DNA of 63,727 bases, filler included, from Kipferlia bialata (taxonomy: Eukaryota), in the NCBI GenBank assembly GCA_003568945.1. It is 7 parts of 5 records of this genome, joined end to end, with 100 filler letters (N's around TTAATTAATTAA, not from the genome) between each part and the next. Parts side by side here need not be neighbours in the genome. Positions count along the whole stretch, not along the records: positions 37,683 to 56,531 come from BDIP01000030.1; 6 more parts are not named here. One strand, 5' to 3'. A model generated the notes under the pieces. It had not been told where the DNA came from. It worked only from the letters and a program-made list of their open reading frames with translations, and made no database searches. This document shows, piece after piece, positions 38,091 through 49,177 of the stretch; position 1 is the stretch's first letter, and each line of letters opens with the position of its first letter. Both the position numbers and the translations under genes were made by a program.

Positions 38091-40078
38091 GTGTGTCCGA
38101 GGCCACTGTCGTTGTTGTATGCCAGAGGCTGATGCAGACAATGCAGGTAGACAGACACACAAATATATTCTAGTGTATGAGTACATCATATATATGAGTC
38201 CACCAGGCACTAGGGGGGGGGGGGGGAGCTCATATTTCCGGTTCTCACCTATTGAGGTTCGATATCTCTATATCGTTGTATATTCTACCACTTTCCCCTC
38301 TCACCCCAGGAGCAGGCTGCCCAGACTGTCAAGCTGTATAATAATATGTATTATAGTATATGTTTTATACACATATATACTAGTGTATGAGTACATCATA
38401 TATCTCACCCCAGGAGCAGGCTGCCCAGACTGAGACTGTCAAGACATTCTCAGCACTGTTCTCAACACTTGCAGACCAGGTAAATGTGTTATTTGTTCTT
38501 ACTATTTGAATGCTTGAGTATTCCTCATTTCACTTGGCTAGTATATTATGTGTTTATGTTTCTCAGTCTCACCCACTACAGTATCCCAATGTATTTGAAT
38601 ATTGTATCCTACTATATAGCCTCACCCTCAGTTCGATGCCCCCGGTGACAGACACAACACACCCCTGGAGATGGTGGCATTTGTGTGTCTAGGTAAGGGA
38701 TGAGTGCTCAAGCGTATACTTCCACCCCTTGAGAGGAAATTCTACATGTATGATTATATGTTTATGTATTCATATGTATATTCATATACATTAGTAAAGA
38801 TTCAACACACCACTGGAGATGGTGGCATTTGTGTGTCTAGGTAAGAGAATATGTGTACCTCTTGGTACTAGGAGGATACCAATTTGAATACATTTTGTAT
38901 GTGTGTATTTCTCTTACACACCCCTGGAGATGGTGGCATTTGTGTGTCTAGGTAGGAGAATATACATATTTGTGTGTGTCTAAGAAGGAGGATACCAATT
39001 ATATATACATATATGTCGTGTTGTAGCCTCTAAGTCTTAGTAGTTCAACACGGAAACATGCTTCTAACCATGGGTAGGTATAATATCTTTCAACTTATTT
39101 TTCTCATCCATAGGCATTGTGCCCCAGCTGCCATCGGTATCAATATATGTATATAGATTAATATATATATATATTTATCTTTTCTATTAGTCCAACACGG
39201 ACACATGCTCACCCCTAGGCATTGTGCCCCGGTACTATTTCTTTCACATTATATACTCATCCATAGGCATTGTGCCCCAGCTGCCATCGGTGGCATCAAA
39301 CGTCAGAGAGGTAAGAGTATATTGTGGTAGAGTTCGATAATGATTCAATGGAAGGTTGCTTTAGCTATATAATGTTAAATATGTCCCCACCATATGCCAT
39401 GATGGTTGCTCTACATACATTGCTGAATGTTCTGTTCCAGTCACATCTCTCTCTCTCTATATCTATGCATCTGTATCTGAACTCAGGCTATGATGGCTGT
39501 CCTCCACACCCTCCTCAATGGCCTGTTCCAGTCACCCTCTAGAGAGACTAGGGAGGGAGAGAGAGAGGGGGAGGGAGAGGGAGAGACACAGGCCATCACC
39601 CTCCACGCAGACTCGAGAGAAGTACTGACTGCATGCATGCCAGGTATATTTACCTATACATTGTATATATAGTAAAAATAGTATACATAGTATAAACTGA
39701 TAATAAGTAAATAGTATATATAGTATTCATTTAGTATATATGCAGACTCGAGAGAAGTACTGACTGCATGCATGCCAGGTATGAATGCATTAATATTTAA
39801 TTGCAGTGCATGTTTAATATATTAATATGCATGTAGATATATGTACTCGAGAGAGGTTCTTACAGCTTGCATGCCAGGTATGAATGACTAGTAGAGAGAG
39901 TGTGTGTAAATCGTAACTACATATGTCTGTGTGTGTGTGAAGTGATTCATATGTGAAGTGCTGTCAGCGTGCTAGGTAAACTGTATGTATCTCATCTCTC
40001 ATTAGCAAGACCTGTTATTGGATCTCTCCGTCTTTCTCTTTAGCTAGACTCTTACTGTCAGGTCTAGTTGCTGCCCTT

Positions 40079-40120
<42 letters not shown>

Positions 40121-40157
40121 AGCTAGACTCTTACTGTCAGGTCTAGTTGCTGCCCGT

Positions 40158-40197
<40 letters not shown>

Positions 40198-43100
40198 AGC
40201 TACACTCTTATCGTCAGGTCTAGTTGCTGCCCTTCTCTCCATATCCGATGGCGAGAGTGAGGGCAAGGAGTACAGTGCTAGGTATGCATGAGTTGTTATA
40301 TAACATAAATTATAGTATATTTTTCATTTCATCGACCCCACGAGATCCCTGCGGACCAAGCTCATGCCTTTGCATAGCATTTGTATATTTCCCGTATATA
40401 TATATCCCCTTTCCCTAACACACTAGGTCCATGCTGACCAGGCTCATGGCCGCATGACTATACTCCGAGTATATATTATTATATATTCATACATACATAT
40501 ATATATCAACACTAACCCACTAGGTCCATGCTGACCAAGCTCATGGCTGCATGACTATTCTTTATTAATATACTAAGGGTATACATATATATTCATATAT
40601 ATATATATATAGTACTAACCCACTAGGTCCATGCTGACCAAGCTCATGGCTGCATGACTATTCAAAATTTACTATACATAGGGTATATGTATATACTCTG
40701 TATTCTGAACTATATATATCAACACTAACCCAGGTCCATGCTGACCAAGCTCATGGTTACATGACTATTCCTTATCACTATACTAAGCGTATACATATAT
40801 ACTCTATGCGTATACATATATACTCTATGGTCTTTATCAATCAAATAATACTAACCCCTTAGGTCCATGCTGACCAAGCTCATGGCCGCATCCCCATCGG
40901 CTTTCTTTGCATCAGTCTTCAAGGGTAAGTGTAGTGTATATATATTATTGTAGTAATTGTAGTAGTCAATATTTTTCTTATGCGTGTCGATGGTTTCCTA
41001 TATCGGCATTCTTTGCATCAGTCTTCAAGGGTATGAAGATGGGTTACAGTACATCGATATTGTCACTTATTGCGTACGGGTGAATCTAAGATATACTCTA
41101 GCTGACGGGTTGTCTGCATGGATACGTCTCACCCTATCTGAGTATAAGTATTTTTACATACATTTACCTATCCCATCCCACCCCAGGTCTCAACAGCCCC
41201 ACCGGCAGGGTCTCTGCTGCAAAGACCATTGTGGAGCAGGTGGGTGGGATACCTTATTATACAAGTCTTCTTTCGAAGCTACTACATCTCATATCCCCAT
41301 ATTGCCCCCCCCCCCCCCCCCCCCCTCCCCCCCCCCCCCCCCTCCCCCCCNNNNNNNNNNNNNNNNNNNNNNNNNNNNNNNNNNNNNNNNNNNNNNNNNN
41401 NNNNNNNNNNNNNNNNNNNNNNNNNNNNNNNNNNNNNNNNNNNNNNNNNNNNNNNNNNNNNNNNNNNNNNNNNNNNNNNNNNNNNNNNNNNNNNNNNNNN
41501 NNNNNNNNNNNNNNNNNNNNNNNNNNNNNNTTAGTGAATCATATATAGGGCAAGGGGAATACGCCCCCCCCCTCCCCCCCTCCTAAACGGTTCACACTCT
41601 TCCTCTTATGCACCAACTCCTCCATATTATCCCCCTCATTGTATGTACCCCTCTCTCCTCTTCTGACCCTGTTACTCTGCTTGTTTATATGTGTCTACCC
41701 TTGACCCTAGGCGGAAGAAGCCGTCTCTCTTCCTGCAAAGGAGACAGAAGGAGAGGGAGAGAGCAGCTGAGATGGCTGAGATGAGGAAGGTATGTTATGT
41801 TGTATGTATGCTCACTATTGTGAAAACTATTGTATACTGAATATATTTTTGTATTTACATTCAGCTGTTATATAGTAATAAATATATTCACCCATAGGTC
41901 ATTGCCGCAGACATGCCAAGTGAGAGAAACCTACCTGTTGGAGAGCCAACCATAGAGGAGATGGTCAGGAAGGCACAGGTATATTGGTATATACATATAC
42001 ATTCTTCTCTCAATGTAGTAATGTATAGAAGATATAATCAGAAAGGCACAGGTACAGACCGTGTTCGATCTATTTGTGTTCTACAGAACGCTTATAACTG
42101 GATATACATTTGTATTAGTTTGTGTTTGTATGTACTGTCTTGTGACATCAACCATGTCTCACCCCCTAGGTCCTAGAGGCCCAGAAGAAGAAGGAAGAGG
42201 ACTTGGCCAGGTACAGTATATACTCATATAAATATAACTATATGTATAAATATCATATTCGGCTATATGTAATTGCCCCGTATAGAATGTCAAGTATTGA
42301 GGGAGCTTCTCTCTCTTTCCCCCTTCTCTCGCTATCACTATGTTCCATCAAGGACCTTCCTCAATTTCTCTCTCCTTCTGTCTCTGTATATATGTTTCAA
42401 TTCTCTTACCCCTAGGTTTCGCGAGTCTGTCTAGGACCTACCTCTATTACTCTCTCCTTCTCTTTGGCGTATTATATATTCGTGCAATTACTCTTACCCT
42501 AGGTTCCGCGAGTCTGTCAAGGACCTAGTGGGCGATGCCTCATCCATTGAGCAGGGGTACCTGCCCCCTGCTGTTACTGCCCCTCCCCCTATCCCTAGTG
42601 TACCTAGTGGACCTACTGTGCCCAAGCCCCCTGTACAGGAGAGAGAGAGAGAGACTGATGCCCAGACATCCTCTGCTGATGCAGACTCCCTCCTCTTCTC
42701 TCTCTCTGGGTCCATCCTCCACCCAGACTCCCAGCAGGTATAGTGATACACGGCATATATATATTTATGCAGGTATGATACAGTTCAATATGGTATATAT
42801 ATAATGTATTAGAGTTCATAGTATATATGTCATTATTTCAGTACACCCATACTCCCAGCAGGTATGATATGTACCATATACTATATATGCTATGTATTAT
42901 TATTGTTAGAAGTACTTTCATAATAGTTACAGTACAAGATTATGTTTACACTATATTATGAATTACCTCACTCTTCTGATCATGCTCTTTCCCCAGGTTC
43001 TGGATGGCCTTGCTGTCTCTCTCCCCACCCTGTCCCGTCTGGTCCAGTCTGCATACACCCCACAGCGGACACAGGCTCTGTCACTGGCATCTGTGGTGAC

Positions 43101-46100
43101 CACAACAGCTAGGTATATACCTTTATGTATACATATATACTGTAACTGTATCTGTATTATACCCCAGAGGACACATGCTCTGTCACTGGCATCTGTGGTC
43201 ACATCCACTGCCAGGTAGAATATATGAATTACACATTATACATAATGTATAGTATTTAGTCCCTGATGCTGTCATTTACTGTAGAACAGGTGGCTGTTGT
43301 ATCAGTAGCAGTGATATTCTGAACAGTGTAATACATGCCATATATTGATTGTAGTGATCAGTAGTATATATATATGGATCCTTGCTGTAGTATATATATA
43401 TTGCTCCTTGCTTGGTCTTCATTCATACCAGGACCAGTGGATATGGCAGATGTTATGGACAAGTGTAACAGCGGCATTATTCATTTAGATACATAGCGTT
43501 TCACACTGCTTGCCAATACCATATTGACCCCAGGACCGGTGGCTATGGCAGCAGGAGCAGTGATGTCCTGGACAGTGTCACCACCAGTGTGCTCATACCC
43601 ACTGTGCAGAGCAGTGCGTCTGCCAGCACACAGGGCAGGATACACAACGCTAGGTATATATATATATGTGTAAATACTCTTAAGTGTAAGTGTTCTCTAG
43701 GGTTAGGTAGTGCATCTGCCGGTACTCAGGGCAGAATTCACAACGCTAGGTATGCATACATTCATATACTCTTAAGTGTATATGTTCTTAGGGTAGGGTA
43801 GTGCATCTGCCAGTACACAGGGCAGGATACATAACGCTAGGTATGGATTCATATATATACATAGGGCACAACACAGTCTATATATATACATACAATAGTA
43901 CATGAGTTAATAATATATCAACCATGTTCTTATTGTCAGGTTCCTCATTGGCGCCCTCCCCGACCCCGCTCTTCCCCTGCAGTGCCTGCTGCTCTCCCAG
44001 CTCTCTCTCTCTGCCCTTTCTTCTAAGGGTCCAGAAAAGAGGGTGCAGTACCCCACCCCAGTCCCCCCCTCCCACCCTGCACCCCTGTCACTCCTGCAGG
44101 CACTCCTCTGCAACCAGGTACAATGCATGTATATATATATATATATTCATTGCTTTATATATATATATACATGTCCCACACTTCACCCCTCTCCCTACTG
44201 TAGGCACTGCTCTGCAACCAGGTACTCTATGGATTCGTATACACATACTAATTCATACATATACATAACATATATACATAAATATCCCACCCGCCTCTCC
44301 TCATGAAGGTCCAGCAGGCCCCCATGCTGTCTCTCTCTCTCTCTTCTTCCTTGTAACACACTCTCTTCTCATTATTTAGGTCCAGCAGGCCCCCATGCTG
44401 TCTCTGTGCCAGGCCGAGCCAGAGCTCTATGCCAGGCTGAGTGCTGTGGCAGGCTCAATCGACACAGACACCGTCAAGGGTATGATGTGTATGAGTTAAT
44501 CACTTGTTCATGTGTCAACTACAGTGTAGTAGTGTCACGGCGACGGTCATTAGACCTATTATCTATGTATACCATTTACTATATGTATACCTTTCTTACC
44601 CTAGGCCCGACAGTGACCACACCCGGCACTGGGTGTAACTGTATTATACTATCTCCTAACATATACATGTATAAATGTATATATATATATATATATAATA
44701 CTCACTAACATTAGGCCCGGACAGTGACCACACCCGGCACTGGGTGGTGGAGGCAGTCAGAGACAGGCTGGACTCTCTGTCAGCATTCCTCTCAAGGTAT
44801 ATATACATTGATTTAATATATTAGTTATGGCATTCCTCTCAAGGTATATATATTGTAAAAATGTGTTGAGTATATTTCAATATACTCCCGCCGGCCCTCT
44901 TTTGCCCTCTAAGGATACCCTCTTTACTGCTTGCGTATTGTCTTGACCTTGATGTTTGCCTTGTTTACTGTATTGTATTATTTGTATTGTTCACTCATAC
45001 CCAGGTCTGTGCAGGCCATATATAACATATATGTATATAATATACATATATCTACCTATTCTCTCTCTACTAATACCCAGGTCTGTGCAGGCCAAATATG
45101 TCATATGTATGTATTATGTATTTTATGTATATATTTCTTATCCATACTTGTACATATTCTATTCTTATACCCAGGTCTGTGCAAAAGTATTGATCCTCCT
45201 ATACCGAGTACATAGTGATATGTAATATACATTCTAATAATCAGGTCTGTGCAGGCCAAGCAGGACAGACAGGCAGGGCCAGGGGACACTCAGACACTGC
45301 AGGTGAGTTCTAATACACTGATATATACTCTATCATTGAGTAAATCTGGTTCCGTAGTTATCGTTAATGTATTGACACCCAGATCTCCGAGTCCGTTGTG
45401 AGTGAGCTAGCCTGGCTCCTCCGGTCTGCCTCTCTCCTCCTGTCCCAGAGGGTGCCCACTCATGAGTCACTGGTGCTTACTGTCCTAGGCCTAGTGGGCA
45501 CACTGCTAGAGGTTGGTTCACTGTGTATGAAAATTAGTGGTGTTATTATTGTTTCTTCCAGATACTCTTCCCTGTTTCCATGTACCATACACTTACCCCA
45601 GGTCATCTCCGATGGGTCTGTGGGTGATGACACCCCAGCCGGTGCCTCCCTCTCTCTGTCTCTCTGCCGCGATGCTGCTCTGGCCCTCTCTGTCTGTAGG
45701 GGTGTAGTACCCACACTCTCCACAGTAGAGCAGGGGGAGAGAGACACACAGAGTGAGAGCAGCCTCCTTGTTGTCTCTCAGGGTGTCCTCCAGTCCTTGG
45801 TCTCTCTCTCCATTCAGCACATGGGGCGCTCTCTCTCCCTCCCCTCCCCTATTGTCCTGCAGACATGCTGCATGTCGGTTGGTGCACTCTACCCCCTGCT
45901 AGACCCTTCTGCCAGAGATTCTTTGGCAGCTGAGGCACTACCTACCCTGCTCAAGCACGTTAAGAGAGAGAGAGAGGAGGAGGATGGTGGAGAGAGACTT
46001 GCCCCTTGCATGGAGGCACTGTTACTATGTGCCACACTGTATAGGGACACTGTGACCTCTGATGCTCTGGATGCCATGCTCTATGTCTCACAGTGGGAGA

Positions 46101-48005
46101 GGGACCTCGCACTCACACTCTCGGGGGCACCGGCTGTGGCATCACCACACGCACACTACAAGGAGGTACCATATGTTGACGTGATCATATCCTCGTTTCT
46201 GTCCTCTCTATGCCAATATTTCTCTCTTTACTACATAATTGCATATATATATATATGTGTGTGTGTGTTCCTCTCACATTCAGGTCCCTAGCGCACTTGA
46301 GACCTCTGCCCTCCTCTCCCTTGTGAGGAGTCTCATGAACAGGGGGGCAGAGGGGGCAGAGCTGACAGACCTTGCTGCACTACCCCCTGTACTCCTTCAG
46401 CCCATACTGCTGGGCATGCCCATCCACCAGGCACTCTCCATGCCGGCACCACTCTCACTGTGCCCCATATTGGCACAGAGGTATGCATATTTATACCTAT
46501 GTACTATACTCTGTATCTGTATACTTTACCTATATATATATCCTCATACTGACCCATACTGGCACAGAGGTATACATGTATATGTATATATAGCCATATA
46601 ATGGGTCATATGAATCTCTCTCTCTACCTCTCTCTGTCCCACTATCAACACAATGGGTCTAGACCTAGTCAGACTCTATCTCGTCTCACTCTCAGGTACA
46701 TCGTTGAGAACGAGGCCACTTTGGTAGAGCAGGGTCTCCCCCTCACCCTCCTTCCCCTCATGCGCGACAGTCTCTCTCTCTCCCTCCCCCACGTAGCCGA
46801 GTCCTCCCACATCACTGTCCCCCCTATGTCTGGGAGGTACGCACCCCTAGTGGCTGCTGTGCCGCCTAGAGAGACTGGGGGTACACCCGAGGAGTGTGCA
46901 CAGAGCGATACAGTCACCCTGGGGCTCCTCTGTGTCGCTCTGATTGGCCTTCAGAGCAGTACCTCGCGGGTTTCAGTCTCTGCGCGTTCCTACGCGGTTG
47001 ACGCTCTTGCGCTTATCTTTGCTGTGGCCAACCAGGCTTTAGAGGACTCAGATACCCTCATTGTGACCTTTGAGAGGATAGCGAGTGCCACTGTGGATAG
47101 CATATCCAGCATCACTGTAGACCCCTCTGCCCCTTCCACTGGGTTCCCCTCTGTCACACTCTGCAACACCACATACACACCTGTGGGGTGCATACAGCTG
47201 CTGGGTGCCAGCATGAGGACCTGTGGCTGGTGTGTGCCTGACCACCTCTTGTCTTCATGTCTTTCTCTCCTGCTGGCATCACCTGTAGTCGATGTGAGGG
47301 CCGAGGCATGGTCTCTGTACCTGTCTGAGTGCATAGTGGTCAAGGGCCGGGATGCTCTGGCTGCCACAGCGGGACTGGAGGTGGAGAGAGAGTACAAGGT
47401 AAATATAGTATATATATGTGGGTTCTCTCCCTATATAACACATATGGTACAATAGTATGTAAAAGAGTGATAACAACAGGTCATCTCTGCCATTGTATCT
47501 GCCCTGGATGCCATGGTTAAGAGTGTATATATACCATTAATATATGATATATATACATCCCTTACCCTAGGTTATTAGTGCCATTGTATCTGCCCTGGAT
47601 GCGATGGTCTGCAATGGAAGGGCACCAGCACGCAGGATGCCGTTTGTGGTGGCAGCAGCCAGATACCTTCTTAGGTAGAATTGTATATGCAATTTATTAT
47701 ACTTCTCTTACTGATCTACTCCATGGTTATCCTACAGTGAGGTATTTGTATGATTATGTATATGTGAAATATAATAATCTATCCTGACCCATCAGGTGCA
47801 GCCAGGAACAGGGTGGCAAGGCCATTATCAGATATATTACTTGTATGTATATTATGGGTATATATACTAATATATATATTTGTATATCACATATACATAT
47901 ACTATTAACCCTAGGTGCAGTGAGGCCCAGGGTGGCATGGCCATTGTCATGAGGTGTGGGGGTGACATGGACCTGTACACAGCACTCGCAGCAAAGGAGC
48001 TCTAA
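38091..48005 (+). CDS. Large hypothetical alpha-helical (ARM/HEAT-like) protein, >25 exons, spans the N gap 41351-41530, 5' truncated
   Basis: Leu/Ala/Ser-rich helical exons (ORFs 45398-46291, 46601-47455) plus many short exons. Ends '...DMDLYTALAAKEL*' at TAA 48003-48005. Continuity across the N gap is assumed. Confidence 0.6.
41351..41530. other. Scaffold gap (180 N); second gap at 48910-49074 (165 N)
   Basis: N runs without linker, next to poly-C/poly-G tracts. Confidence 0.95.
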
Positions 48006-49080
48006 CCAGTAATTCCAATAGAGTCACGTATAGTCTGATTCATACACTGATGCTGTTCTCAGCATTATTTTTCGCAGCAAAGGAGCTGTAAAGGAGCTGT
48101 AAAGCTGCATCCTGCAGGTATGATACACGAAGATTCTCCCAATAGACCCTCACGCATTTACATGAGATAGATCGTTCCACTCCCCATATCAGAAAGTCAA
48201 TATGATTGCATCACTCAAATCAATACAGCTGATCATATTGGCGTTTTGATTGTCAAACGCCATATACGGTTGAGTCCAATGCCTAATCTCGCGCTGTCTC
48301 TTCCTTCATCTAGACCATCTAGTCTTGGTGTTTCAACAATAGATGCAGAAGAACCTTGGCACAGCGTGTCTGGCCACTGCGTGTCTGGCCGGTGCCACCA
48401 TTGTATACACCCTGCTGACGTCATTCATATTCAGGTGAATACATGTATATCCAAATACCCTCTCCTGTTCCCTGCATTGACATCCACCTGCCACTTCTCC
48501 CTTACAGCTAATTGTACATCATATATATATGATATCTATATCTATATGATATCATATATATGATATACATCATTGTGACTGTGTCTCCACATTCCTGACC
48601 CCCCCCTCCCCTTCCCTCCCTATTTAAGACATCACCTAGCCAAATGTCATTCTCTCTCCCTAATGACAGCTGGGAAGGCTACCTCCCCACCATCTCCGTT
48701 GCTGCCCTCTCCCCCAATGCCACGCACGTGTACTGCTGGGGCCTATCAACAAGGTATGCATACTCATGTACACCATATATCCCTTACAGAGTTCCCAATA
48801 ATGCCCCACATATACTGGTGGGGCCTGGTATCAGGTCTCTCTCTCTCTCTCTCTCTCTCCCCCCCCCCCTTCCCCCCACCTCTCTCTCCATACATTTCTC
48901 ACACGTACANNNNNNNNNNNNNNNNNNNNNNNNNNNNNNNNNNNNNNNNNNNNNNNNNNNNNNNNNNNNNNNNNNNNNNNNNNNNNNNNNNNNNNNNNNN
49001 NNNNNNNNNNNNNNNNNNNNNNNNNNNNNNNNNNNNNNNNNNNNNNNNNNNNNNNNNNNNNNNNNNNNNNNNNNCCCGCG

Positions 49081-49120
<40 letters not shown>

Positions 49121-49177
49121 ATACATGCGATATGGATGTGATAGAACGAAAACAGATGTATGTTCTACACCGCATAC

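Noticed and set aside
40424..40890. CRISPR-like look of ~30-nt repeats with unique spacers (also 36490-36860, 60140-60585)
   Set aside because: The context is eukaryotic, the repeats are copies of exon ends with splice sites, the spacers are irregular TA-rich intron sequence, and there are no cas genes.
48233..48909. Possible gene fragment ('DSWEGYLPTISVAALSPNATHVYCWGLST')
   Set aside because: One or two plausible exons lie before a gap, with no recognisable homology or reliable start.
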